Assembly (NCBI GenBank): GCA_900549325.1
Contig: UROI01000002.1
Location: forward strand, 81 to 64,080
Source of the DNA: an uncultured Mycoplasmatota bacterium
GTDB taxonomy: Bacteria > Bacillota_I > Bacilli_A > RF39 > UBA660
Direction: 5' to 3'
DNA: 64,000 nt
Made by a program: the position numbers and the translations under genes. The notes under the pieces were generated by a model. That model was given only the letters and a program-made list of their open reading frames with translations, ran no database searches and had not been told where the DNA came from. Shown here piece by piece: positions 17,357 to 26,452 of the stretch. The first letter of the stretch is position 1, and the number at the start of each line of letters is the position of its first letter.

Positions 17357-19534
17357 TTAATCATCTGAGAAAAAGTCATCAAAGAAATCGTCATCACTTG
17401 TATTATCTGTATACATATTTTGTAGTTTTTCTTCTGCTGTATTATCTTCTTTAGGTACTGATGCTTTTTCTTCACTTTGTGTCAAATCATTAAATGATAT
17501 ACTTTCTTTATCAGCTAGTGGTTTAGCTGGCTCCGAAATTACATCTACTGGTTTTTGCTCTTTTTCTTGTTCCTTAGCTTGTTCTTCTTCTCTTTCAATT
17601 TCCGCTATTTTAGCATCGATCTTCTTAACTAAATCGTCTATGTTGAAACTATCTTCTTCAGGTTCTTGTCTTCCTTGATTACCTAAGAAGCTAGGCATAC
17701 CGCTACTAAATGGATTTGAAGATGGACTAGCAAACGGATTTGAACCACCAAATGGGTTACTCATAAATGGATTTGATGAAGATGCAAATGGATTAGACAT
17801 ATTAGGATTAAATTCTCCCATTGCAGCCATCTTTTCTTGCTTCTTTGCTTTAACAAATTCTCTTATATCAAATAATTGTAACTCTCTCTTTGGTCTTGCT
17901 TCTGGAGTACTTTTTGGATATGTTCTACCCCAATCAACTTGGAAGTCTGTTTGAAATTTTGTTTTATATGGAAACATTCTTCTTCTTAAAACAATTATTT
18001 CAAACTGATTTAGTCTTTGTAAATCACTTACTGTTACTAAAGGTGTTGAAGCAGTTTTATCTTTTTCTTTTGATTTTACTTCACCACACATTTTACTTAT
18101 TTCTTCAAGAGCTGCTATTTCGCTACTTATCAAATATAGTAAATTACAGTTACCACGAATAGTATCACCATTCTCTTTACCATACACTTGGGTTAACTGT
18201 GCGAAGTTTTGAATAATAAAGGTAAATCTAATTAATCTACTTCTAGCAGCAGTAACCATTGTTGTAACATCTTTTAAAGGTGGCATATTGGCAAACTCAT
18301 CTAGAATAAAGTTAGTTCTATATGGTAACTTTCCACCACTTTCTTGAGCAACATCTATCAATGTTTCATAACACTGTTTAATGAATATTGTAGCAAGAGG
18401 ATGCAATGTTTTCTTCTCATCTTGAACTATTAAGAAAACAGCTGTTTTCTTTCTACCAATATCACGCATATCAAAATCGCTATAAGATAGCATTTCTGAT
18501 AAATTTTCTCTTGATGAGAATAATTTTATTTTTTGTTTAAATGTTGCTATAATACCCTGTTTTGTTTCATCCGCAGTGAAAACAGTACCCGAGGCATTAA
18601 TGTATGCAGGTTTAGATGGATCTTTGGCATTAAAGTACTCTTTTATATAGTTATTGTTTGGACCGCCAAATCTTTCTTCACCTAAGCTACTCATTAAGTT
18701 TATACTATTTAAATTTACTTGAGCTGGTGATGCATCTTCAAATAATCCTAATGCAAGACCTGTAAAATAGTCCGCTGCTGTTTTTTCCCAGAATGGATCG
18801 CCGCTACTTTTTTCTTCATATAATATATTTAATGCTAAGTCATCAAGTAACTCTATGGCCTTATCTGTATTGCCATCTTTATATAATTGGTAAGGTAGAC
18901 TCATGGGATTCCATGCATTTCCATGTTGTGGATCCCTAAAATTTAATGTAACTATATTATAGCCTTCATCTTTTAGTAATGATGCTGTCTCTTCATATAA
19001 CTCGCCTTTAGGGTCTGTTAATATCATTGATTCATTGTGCTTAGCTAATAATTTTATCATTGGTTTAGCTACTATTACGGTTTTACCTGAACCAGTAGCA
19101 CCCATAACTAACCAGTGGTCTTCACCATTATCAACCCACATTTTACCTTTTTTACTATATAAGGCTATACCAGCTGCGGGTATTGTCTGATCTTTAATGT
19201 TTACTACTTCAAGACCTTTTTTAAATTCAGCATCAGTTGCCCATCTTGAATAACCTTTTTCTTTCTTTGAACCTATACTAAAACCAAAGCCCTTTTCACG
19301 ATCAAAAATATATGATTTAACCGCTAGAAAAAGTCCTACTAGAGATGCTATAAATAAGAATAATGTCATACCTATGTATCTAGAAGTAAAGGCTTTAAAT
19401 GGTAAAAATCCATAAAACTTATTAGTTGAAGCTAAACTACTTACATTTAGCACTCCTATTGCACATAAATATAATAGAAATACGCAAAAAATTATAAATA
19501 TAATTAAATCTTTCTTTTCTACTTTTATCTTCAT
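17357..19534 (-). CDS. Type IV coupling protein (VirD4/TraG family ATPase)
   Basis: Two N-terminal TM helices, Walker A GATGSGKT, TDPKGELYEE, ILDEFAN Walker B-like motif. C-terminal NPF-repeat and acidic/aromatic tail. Confidence 0.9.
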   Translation of the reverse strand: MKIKVEKKDLIIFIIFCVFLLYLCAIGVLNVSSLASTNKFYGFLPFKAFTSRYIGMTLFLFIASLVGLFLAVKSYIFDREKGFGFSIGSKKEKGYSRWATDAEFKKGLEVVNIKDQTIPAAGIALYSKKGKMWVDNGEDHWLVMGATGSGKTVIVAKPMIKLLAKHNESMILTDPKGELYEETASLLKDEGYNIVTLNFRDPQHGNAWNPMSLPYQLYKDGNTDKAIELLDDLALNILYEEKSSGDPFWEKTAADYFTGLALGLFEDASPAQVNLNSINLMSSLGEERFGGPNNNYIKEYFNAKDPSKPAYINASGTVFTADETKQGIIATFKQKIKLFSSRENLSEMLSYSDFDMRDIGRKKTAVFLIVQDEKKTLHPLATIFIKQCYETLIDVAQESGGKLPYRTNFILDEFANMPPLKDVTTMVTAARSRLIRFTFIIQNFAQLTQVYGKENGDTIRGNCNLLYLISSEIAALEEISKMCGEVKSKEKDKTASTPLVTVSDLQRLNQFEIIVLRRRMFPYKTKFQTDFQVDWGRTYPKSTPEARPKRELQLFDIREFVKAKKQEKMAAMGEFNPNMSNPFASSSNPFMSNPFGGSNPFASPSSNPFSSGMPSFLGNQGRQEPEEDSFNIDDLVKKIDAKIAEIEREEEQAKEQEKEQKPVDVISEPAKPLADKESISFNDLTQSEEKASVPKEDNTAEEKLQNMYTDNTSDDDFFDDFFSDD

Positions 19535-19602
19535 ATAAAAATCTTTCCTTCCAATTAACTACCAATATTATAGCATTAATAATTTGAATTGTAAATAAGT
19601 TT

Positions 19603-19649
19603 AATATAAAAGAAAAGGCATTCCTTAAAAGATGGTCCTGCCTTTCTTT
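19603..19649 (-). terminator. Terminator separating the T4SS core operon from the coupling-protein gene
   Basis: Minus strand: AAAGAAAGGCA-18 nt loop-TGCCTTTTCTTT followed by TATATT. Confidence 0.55.
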
Positions 19650-19662
19650 GAGTATTTATTTT

Positions 19663-20523
19663 TTAACTTTTTAAATATATATCTACTTTATAATTCATAA
19701 TAGATTCTTCACTAAATACAAACTTGTTACCATTTTTATCAATAACTGAATATACTCTATTATTCTTTATTTTTTCCATTAAACATTTATCTGCTGAAGT
19801 TGATATTTGGTTGATATTACTATTCATATATTGCTTATAAGAATCAATGGTATCAAATTCAGCCTGTTTCTTCATACTATCACTAAGTAATGAATATGAC
19901 GAAGTTATATTAGTTCTTACTTTTTCTATATAATCAGATAAGTATAAAGAACATATCTCCTCTTTGGTAACTATACTAGGACTATTTACTTTATTATAAT
20001 CATTACTATTGATACTTATTTTTTTTATTTTATTAATTATTTTTGTATAATCTGTTTTATTGTCAATTGGATAAAATGATACAGTTAAATTGTTTAAATC
20101 CTTTAATATTATTATTTGAAAACTATCATCAATTTCTTTAGTACTATCATAATTATTCTGAATAATACTTCCTTTTAAGTAATAAATATAATTATTCCTA
20201 ACATTTACTGAAGTTATTGTATTTGCCTTTGCTGATGTATTTATTGGATATGTTATTATTTTATCTAATACATTGTCTATGGTTATTTCATTACTTGATA
20301 TATAATCTTCATCTAGTAAAGAATAGATAGCTTCTTTATTATTACTACTAGCATAGTTAACGTATTTATTTACACTGCTAACTATTGAAAAATAATCATT
20401 ATATTCACTTACCGCTGCTAGTTTATCACTATTACTTTTTATATTTAATATTAAAACAATTGCTAGTGGTATTACGCAAACAAGTATTACTACAATTAGT
20501 GTTTTTATATCATCTTTTTTCAT
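19663..20523 (-). CDS. Membrane-anchored T4SS accessory protein, possible VirB8/TcpC-like
   Basis: Single N-terminal TM then about 250 extracytoplasmic residues. Position between hydrolase and T4CP matches the VirB8-like slot of Gram-positive T4SS. No motif-level proof. Start set to MKKDD behind AAGGTGA. Confidence 0.4.
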   Translation of the reverse strand: MKKDDIKTLIVVILVCVIPLAIVLILNIKSNSDKLAAVSEYNDYFSIVSSVNKYVNYASSNNKEAIYSLLDEDYISSNEITIDNVLDKIITYPINTSAKANTITSVNVRNNYIYYLKGSIIQNNYDSTKEIDDSFQIIILKDLNNLTVSFYPIDNKTDYTKIINKIKKISINSNDYNKVNSPSIVTKEEICSLYLSDYIEKVRTNITSSYSLLSDSMKKQAEFDTIDSYKQYMNSNINQISTSADKCLMEKIKNNRVYSVIDKNGNKFVFSEESIMNYKVDIYLKS

Positions 20524-20535
20524 ATGTATCACCTT

Positions 20536-21714
20536 TTATTTACAACCATTTTTTACATAGTTAACGAATTCACTGCTACTTTCTCCTCTTTTAGTACAAG
20601 TATTTTTTGTATCATTAGGTCTTTCAAAATTATAGCAAAAATCATATGTTAGATCTTTACTTGATGATGTTCCTTCGGAAACTCCTTTATAAAGTGTTGG
20701 ATAGTTATTTTCTAGTTCATATAACAAGAAACCTACTTGTCCACCTATTGTATCGTAGTTATTAGGAAAAGTTGTCTTCAGATTATTCCATCTTTCATTA
20801 TGCCATTGACATAATCCATAACTGGTTGGTACACCATTTTCATAATCACCATATGCGTTATAATCAAATGAACTTTCATGATTGATATTAGTCATTAATG
20901 CAATTATTCCATTTTCTGATATTCCATTTGCTCTTAATGTTAAGCAAACACTTTGCTTATTAGAATCACCATCAACAGAACCACCATATTTGCCCTTTGG
21001 TCTAGGATTAGTTGCAGATATATAGTTGCTTGGATCAACATAACTACCATTGACCATAACTCCAAAATGTAGATGTGCACCTGTCGAAGAACCACTATTT
21101 CCTATTTTTCCAATAACTTGACCTTGTTTTACTTTATCTCCTGATCGAACTGTAATACTATTCTTAGCCATATGGGCATACACTGTATAAGTACCATCAG
21201 CATGAAGAATTTTAACGAAGTTTCCAAAGCCACCGCCATCAGTATTTCCGTAATAACCATTGTCGTTATATTGTACATCACTATCGGATGTTGGATATAC
21301 AATTTCTCCTTCTTCAGCAGCAATTACATTTACTGTCCCTACTCCACCTGCTCCTGGAGATATATCTAGACCATTATGATTGCTTGTTCTAAAGCCATCA
21401 TCGCCACCAAACTCTGATGTAATGGTGATACTTACAGGTTCACCATCAGCATATGTTACACCATTTTCAGTTCTTGTCTCTGAACTTCCTACTGGCCACC
21501 AATATGTATTTTTTTCTTTTATCTTAGAATAATCATTATATGCATATGAATTTCCTGAACTACCACCAATTTCTAGATTATCTATCCAAAGTGGTGATGT
21601 TAATATTACAATAAATATTACTGGAAAAAAAGCAATTAATGTTGCTATACCAATTATAACTACCTTTTGTTTAATACTTAAACCTTTCCATTTTTTTAAT
21701 AAAACTTTCCACAT
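20536..21714 (-). CDS. Bifunctional cell-wall hydrolase (M23 peptidase + phage-tail-lysozyme-like domain), VirB1 analogue
   Basis: N-terminal TM. M23 motifs HNGLDISPG and GSSTGAHLHFGVMVNGSYVDP. C-terminal YGLCQWHNERW lysozyme-like domain. Confidence 0.8.
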   Translation of the reverse strand: MWKVLLKKWKGLSIKQKVVIIGIATLIAFFPVIFIVILTSPLWIDNLEIGGSSGNSYAYNDYSKIKEKNTYWWPVGSSETRTENGVTYADGEPVSITITSEFGGDDGFRTSNHNGLDISPGAGGVGTVNVIAAEEGEIVYPTSDSDVQYNDNGYYGNTDGGGFGNFVKILHADGTYTVYAHMAKNSITVRSGDKVKQGQVIGKIGNSGSSTGAHLHFGVMVNGSYVDPSNYISATNPRPKGKYGGSVDGDSNKQSVCLTLRANGISENGIIALMTNINHESSFDYNAYGDYENGVPTSYGLCQWHNERWNNLKTTFPNNYDTIGGQVGFLLYELENNYPTLYKGVSEGTSSSKDLTYDFCYNFERPNDTKNTCTKRGESSSEFVNYVKNGCK

Positions 21715-21739
21715 TAATATCACCACCTAATGGAGAGTA

Positions 21740-23524
21740 TTATAATCCTCCACCTGAGCCAAATGACTCTAATTCATCTTCTGTTACTATTGCGTTTATT
21801 TGCATTCTTCTATTACCACATACAAATAATGCTTCACCTTGGCTAAATCTCTTTATACCTTCTTTTTCATTTTCATTTAAATCTATTAACATTGATAAGT
21901 CTTCAACTGATTGTTTCTTTAATCCCATAACTAAATAATATGAAGAGTTATCAAATATTGCCTTACCATGCATTAATATTCCATCTGCTACAAAGTCTGA
22001 TGGTTGCTGAGTAATTATTATTGTTCCTGTATTGTATTTTCTTGCTCTTCTTTGAACTTGGGCTAAGAATTCTGCTCCTAGTTCATTTTTAGCTCCTAAT
22101 AATACGTGTGCTTCATCTACTGATAGTACTGTATTTTTATTTGGGTCTAAGCATAGTCCCCAAGCAAACTTAAGTACATTAAATAATAGTGCATTTCTTA
22201 TGTTAACATCTGAATTCATTAATTCTTTTATATTGAATACTAGAAAATCACTATCAGTATTTATTGAAGTATGACCATTAAAGTAATATTGTAATTCTCT
22301 TACAAATGGTCTTAATTTTAATTCTAGTCTTTCCATAACATCTCTTTCATGAGTTTTCTCAGTCATTGATGTTAATTTACTTGTTACTGTTACATATACA
22401 TCACTAAATGTTGGAAATTGATTTGAAGTAAATTTAGTAAAATCTGAAGTAAAGGTTATGCCGAATCTAGCATATGTATCTTGCACTACCTCACTAAATA
22501 GTGTTAATACATCATCTTCAATATCTGGAGCATAATACTTCATGAATGCTTTTAATGATTGTAAAGTTTTATTAAGTACAGTGTAACCTAATCCTGACCT
22601 TATTTCATTTTCATCAGCATCCATTATTATTTCAAGTGGATTTACCATTCCGTATTCTCCACCCTTACCTAAGTCTACTACATCGCCACCATACATTTTT
22701 GTCATTTCACTTATTTCGCCTTCAGGGTCTACTGCTACTATTTGATAGCCATTTCTTATATGACTACGAAGTATTAATTTAGCTGCTGTTGATTTACCTG
22801 ATCCTGAAGTACCTAATATAATCATGTTGGCATTATTTCTATTGCTTTCTTTTCTTATTTGATATAAGAACTGATTAAATAGTACAACACCACCAGAGAA
22901 ATCCACTCCAAGAAGTGTTGATAATCCATCATCTTTGATGCTATCAAAGATGAATGGATACATTGCTGCCATTGTTGGAGATGGCATTGGCGTACCAATT
23001 CTACTTTCTATTATTTGTTTGTCAAATATAGGAAGGATAGATTTCAATACTCTTTCTTGTTCAAATCTAAGAGGTATAGCTCTCATTTCCATAGCATCAA
23101 GATAATTCTTAATACTAACTTTCTTATTTTCTAATTCTTCTCTAGTATCAGCAGTAATCATTATATGCATTTGAAAATCAAATGTTTTTGCTTGTGAAGC
23201 AGTAAACTGCTGAATAAAATATTCTAATGAATCAACGTCTTGTCTTATTCTTTCCTGTATTGTTCTATCTTTTTCTTGCTGGTATTTACTTTTTAGATCT
23301 GATATTTCTTTATTTAGCATTTTGGCTAGTACTGAAAATGGTAATGGAATGTGCTTAATAACCATTTTTACACCAGACATATTTGTTAAATTGGATAAAT
23401 ATCCTGGGCCAATTAATCTAGGATATGATATTACTGTTAATATAGTAGCATATCTATCACTGATAACAAAATCAGCAGGATTAAATTGTAATCCTTTCGG
23501 AGCTAGTTCACTTTTAAAATTCAT
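21740..23524 (-). CDS. VirB4-family T4SS ATPase, C-terminal two thirds (ATPase domain)
   Basis: Walker A GTSGSGKST, Walker B SVDEAHVL, IIITQQPSDF. Begins where ConE/Orf16-type VirB4 proteins are about 190 residues in. Confidence 0.9.
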   Translation of the reverse strand: MNFKSELAPKGLQFNPADFVISDRYATILTVISYPRLIGPGYLSNLTNMSGVKMVIKHIPLPFSVLAKMLNKEISDLKSKYQQEKDRTIQERIRQDVDSLEYFIQQFTASQAKTFDFQMHIMITADTREELENKKVSIKNYLDAMEMRAIPLRFEQERVLKSILPIFDKQIIESRIGTPMPSPTMAAMYPFIFDSIKDDGLSTLLGVDFSGGVVLFNQFLYQIRKESNRNNANMIILGTSGSGKSTAAKLILRSHIRNGYQIVAVDPEGEISEMTKMYGGDVVDLGKGGEYGMVNPLEIIMDADENEIRSGLGYTVLNKTLQSLKAFMKYYAPDIEDDVLTLFSEVVQDTYARFGITFTSDFTKFTSNQFPTFSDVYVTVTSKLTSMTEKTHERDVMERLELKLRPFVRELQYYFNGHTSINTDSDFLVFNIKELMNSDVNIRNALLFNVLKFAWGLCLDPNKNTVLSVDEAHVLLGAKNELGAEFLAQVQRRARKYNTGTIIITQQPSDFVADGILMHGKAIFDNSSYYLVMGLKKQSVEDLSMLIDLNENEKEGIKRFSQGEALFVCGNRRMQINAIVTEDELESFGSGGGL

Positions 23525-24081
23525 TATGAAATCACCGTCCCAAAATTAGTTGTCATTCCACTATTAAGGAAATTATCAAGTATTATTCTTAAATCATCAT
23601 TAGATACTTGTTTAGACTCTAAACCTGCATTAGCAAGTCCAGTAATTAGAGTTCTAAGTCTTTTTTGTATCAAATCGTCATTCTTTTCTTTAAATAATAT
23701 ATAGTACTCAGTATCAGTAATATTATTATTCATAAAATCATTGGCCTTATCTATATCTTGATTGATTAACTTTCTAACTGCTGGATTCGGAGTTTGATTA
23801 TATAATAACTGTAATCTAGCAAGATAGTTATTTAGATCTACTGGTCTATCTGCTGATATTAACCAAAATTCAAAATCTATTGTATTATAGAAATTCTTTA
23901 AAGCAATTATAGTATTATCTTGTGTACCTTGATCCAAGATAAAGATATTTCTTGGCTTTATTTTTACCCCTGTTACTTTTAGTTTGTTATCAAGTATTAT
24001 TGCTCCATTAGCAATACTTTTAATTGGTAACCAATCTTCAGTATACTTTGAACTATTTTTTGTCGTCGCCGAATTTTTCAT
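23524..24081 (-). CDS. VirB4 N-terminal domain encoded as a separate ORF
   Basis: DWLPIKSIANGAIILDNKLKVTGVKIKPRNIFIL resembles the N-terminal block of Gram-positive VirB4 (Tn916 Orf16 / ConE type). Its stop overlaps the next ATG (TAATG). Start set to MKNSATT. Confidence 0.6.
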   Translation of the reverse strand: MKNSATTKNSSKYTEDWLPIKSIANGAIILDNKLKVTGVKIKPRNIFILDQGTQDNTIIALKNFYNTIDFEFWLISADRPVDLNNYLARLQLLYNQTPNPAVRKLINQDIDKANDFMNNNITDTEYYILFKEKNDDLIQKRLRTLITGLANAGLESKQVSNDDLRIILDNFLNSGMTTNFGTVIS

Positions 24082-24373
24082 AGAAACACCAACCTCTCCA
24101 TATATAATTTCTTCTTTCTGTAAAAAATCTAAATACACTTTGTATAGCACATAAAACATTATGATAATTTGGTATTGGCACTACCAGTAGGCCAGTTACT
24201 CCTACTGGTAGACATGATATCAATATCATTACAGTATCACTTGAATCAACAAATACTAATAATAATAAAGTTACCACCATTCCTGTACCAAACATAATTA
24301 AATCAAATGGTCTAAATATATTAAATATCAATGTACCTCTTTTAGCATTAGCCGGTACTAAATATCCATTCAC
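24053..24373 (-). CDS. PrgI/VirB3-like small membrane protein
   Basis: 106 aa with GTG start behind AAAGGAG. Two TM helices, sits directly upstream of VirB4 as in Gram-positive T4SS. Confidence 0.55.
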   Translation of the reverse strand: MNGYLVPANAKRGTLIFNIFRPFDLIMFGTGMVVTLLLLVFVDSSDTVMILISCLPVGVTGLLVVPIPNYHNVLCAIQSVFRFFTERRNYIWRGWCFYEKFGDDKK

Positions 24374-24394
24374 TATGTATCACACTCCTTTTTA

Positions 24395-26440
24395 TCAATA
24401 ATAATTCGAACCATCAAACTCGTCATTATCATTACTATTATTTTTATTTTGACTATTATCATTATAATAATTTGGGTTTACATACGGATTATCATCATCG
24501 CTATCTCCTCTAGATGTTGTATCTGCGGTAAATTGACTGTGTCCCGTTTCGTATGGGTTCCCATCATCACTACCATTTGTTACATTACTGCTTCTTCTGG
24601 ATGTTGCATCTGTGGCAAATTGACTATGTCCTGTTTCATATGGATTGCCATCATCACTGCCATTTGTTATATTTTCAAATGTGGAATTTCTAATGTTGGG
24701 GGTTGAGTTTTGTAGATTTTGTCCCACACTATTTTCTCCATTACCCTGATTGTTGCTACCACTAGGTTTAGCACCTGCCGGATGTAGCGATTTGTACATG
24801 CTGATTTGATCTTCTCTTCTCGCATCAGCACCATATCTCTTTCTCATGTTGTCGTGAGTTTTTTGAGCGTCACTAAGAGCCTTAGCAGCAGCATTCTTTC
24901 TTTCGACTGCTCTTTTTATTTCATCAGAATCCCCACTTGCTCTAGCAATTTCGTATGCCTCATCTGCTGCCTTATTCTCATCTTTAGCCTTTTTCAATTC
25001 AAGATAACTATTCTTGAACTCTTCGTTTTTAAATGCACTTGCAATGTTATCACTACCATATTTATCATATAAGTGTTTTCCTGGCTTTTCTAGTTCTTTA
25101 ATTTCTGCGGCGTTCTTTCTATCTTCTTTCCATCTATCATAATTAGTTTTTAATTTCCCACCAGTCTTGTTCCATATTGCATTTCCCGCGGCTTTACCAG
25201 TATGACTCCATGCAAAATTTCCTGCTTTTTTACCTAGATTACCTGCATAGCCTAATACTTTGTTGGCTGCTCCACCTAATAGCGGTACATCAGCAAATGT
25301 TTTCTTTAATCCTTTAACGCCAAAGCCAAGGGTTGCTGCTCCACCGCCCATATTTGGAAATAAATCCTTTAATAGATCTGGAACCCTTTTACCAAACATT
25401 AATAATCCTATAATTAAAAATATTTTTACCCATATATATGTTCCATCACTTTGACTAATTCCTGTACTATCGAATAGTGCTACATCATCATTCATAATAG
25501 TTAGCACTAAGTTTGATAAGGTAACAATAAAATATATTATTGCAAGTCTCACAAATAAATCTAGATATGTTGTAGTGCATTGTTTTATCCAATTTTTGAA
25601 TGCACCCTCCGGATCTGATATGTATGATAGTATAGGAATTGGTGCAATCAATTGTAGATAAGCTAACTGAAATACACGCACTGATACACTAATACAATAA
25701 GTAATTAATATCCATATTACCGCCAAAGCTACAATTGGAGAAAACAAAAAGTCCCATGATATTACATAATGTCCATTTTTTCTTAATGTTAAATAGTATG
25801 TCATGCTGTTGAAGTCTTTAATACTTCCGTCTTTTAAACTTTGCTTTATAGTCTCATAATTTCTTTTATATAGAAATACATCCATATCACTTCCATCTAA
25901 ATCTTTATACTCATATCCACCATCTAATTCACCAGGATTGGTTTCCCTAAAAAAGCAAAAATACAAATCTACTGCTAGCGTTCTTCCAAAATTTTCAACA
26001 TTAATACTTTCATCATCCGGAGAAATCATTCTATATATTATGTTATTTCCTTCTGTTCCAACAATTGTATTTTGTAATTTAAATGCAAGTTTAAATAAAC
26101 TAGGAGTTATTCCAAGCAATACAATTGACATTACACATCTCATTATTATATTTCCAAAGCCATTTTTTTTATCGGTCAATTTTTCAGGATCCACTAGAGA
26201 TTGTATCAATGAAAATGACAATTTAAATATCATAAAAAGTCCAAGAATCATTCCAACTCTAGTATATATTTTTTGAATATAAGTTGAATTTAATATTTGC
26301 GCTCTAGCTAAAATCATAAATAAATTATATATGCTGATTATAAAACTATATAGTTGTGCTGATATCCATCCAAAAAATGTCCTTATTGCTTGTTCAATAA
26401 TAAGTCCAATGTTATCAAATATTCCCAATTGATAAATCAT
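24395..26440 (-). CDS. VirB6/TrbL-like polytopic channel protein with long repeat-bearing C-terminal tail
   Basis: 681 aa with about 7 TM helices in the first 400 aa. Then a charged coiled region and an N/D/G/S-rich tail with a duplicated 29-aa unit. Confidence 0.7.
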   Translation of the reverse strand: MIYQLGIFDNIGLIIEQAIRTFFGWISAQLYSFIISIYNLFMILARAQILNSTYIQKIYTRVGMILGLFMIFKLSFSLIQSLVDPEKLTDKKNGFGNIIMRCVMSIVLLGITPSLFKLAFKLQNTIVGTEGNNIIYRMISPDDESINVENFGRTLAVDLYFCFFRETNPGELDGGYEYKDLDGSDMDVFLYKRNYETIKQSLKDGSIKDFNSMTYYLTLRKNGHYVISWDFLFSPIVALAVIWILITYCISVSVRVFQLAYLQLIAPIPILSYISDPEGAFKNWIKQCTTTYLDLFVRLAIIYFIVTLSNLVLTIMNDDVALFDSTGISQSDGTYIWVKIFLIIGLLMFGKRVPDLLKDLFPNMGGGAATLGFGVKGLKKTFADVPLLGGAANKVLGYAGNLGKKAGNFAWSHTGKAAGNAIWNKTGGKLKTNYDRWKEDRKNAAEIKELEKPGKHLYDKYGSDNIASAFKNEEFKNSYLELKKAKDENKAADEAYEIARASGDSDEIKRAVERKNAAAKALSDAQKTHDNMRKRYGADARREDQISMYKSLHPAGAKPSGSNNQGNGENSVGQNLQNSTPNIRNSTFENITNGSDDGNPYETGHSQFATDATSRRSSNVTNGSDDGNPYETGHSQFTADTTSRGDSDDDNPYVNPNYYNDNSQNKNNSNDNDEFDGSNYY
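24509..24673 (-). repeat. In-frame tandem duplication (~87 nt unit) in the VirB6-like tail
   Basis: Encodes N(I/V)TNGSDDGNPYETGHSQF(AT/TA)D(A/T)TSR twice. Confidence 0.85.
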
Positions 26441-26452
26441 ACTAATAACCTC

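Noticed and set aside
12264-21726. Prophage remnant suggested by SSB, the XRE regulator, the amidase and the M23/phage-tail-lysozyme protein.
   Set aside because: No terminase, portal, capsid, tail or integrase genes are present. asnS, sufB and yunB interrupt the set. The hydrolase sits in the canonical VirB1-analogue slot of the T4SS.
24082-24159. Longer version of the VirB4 N-terminal ORF starting at 24159.
   Set aside because: That start would overlap the PrgI-like gene by more than 100 nt and has no RBS. The ATG at 24081 follows GGAGAGG at suitable spacing.
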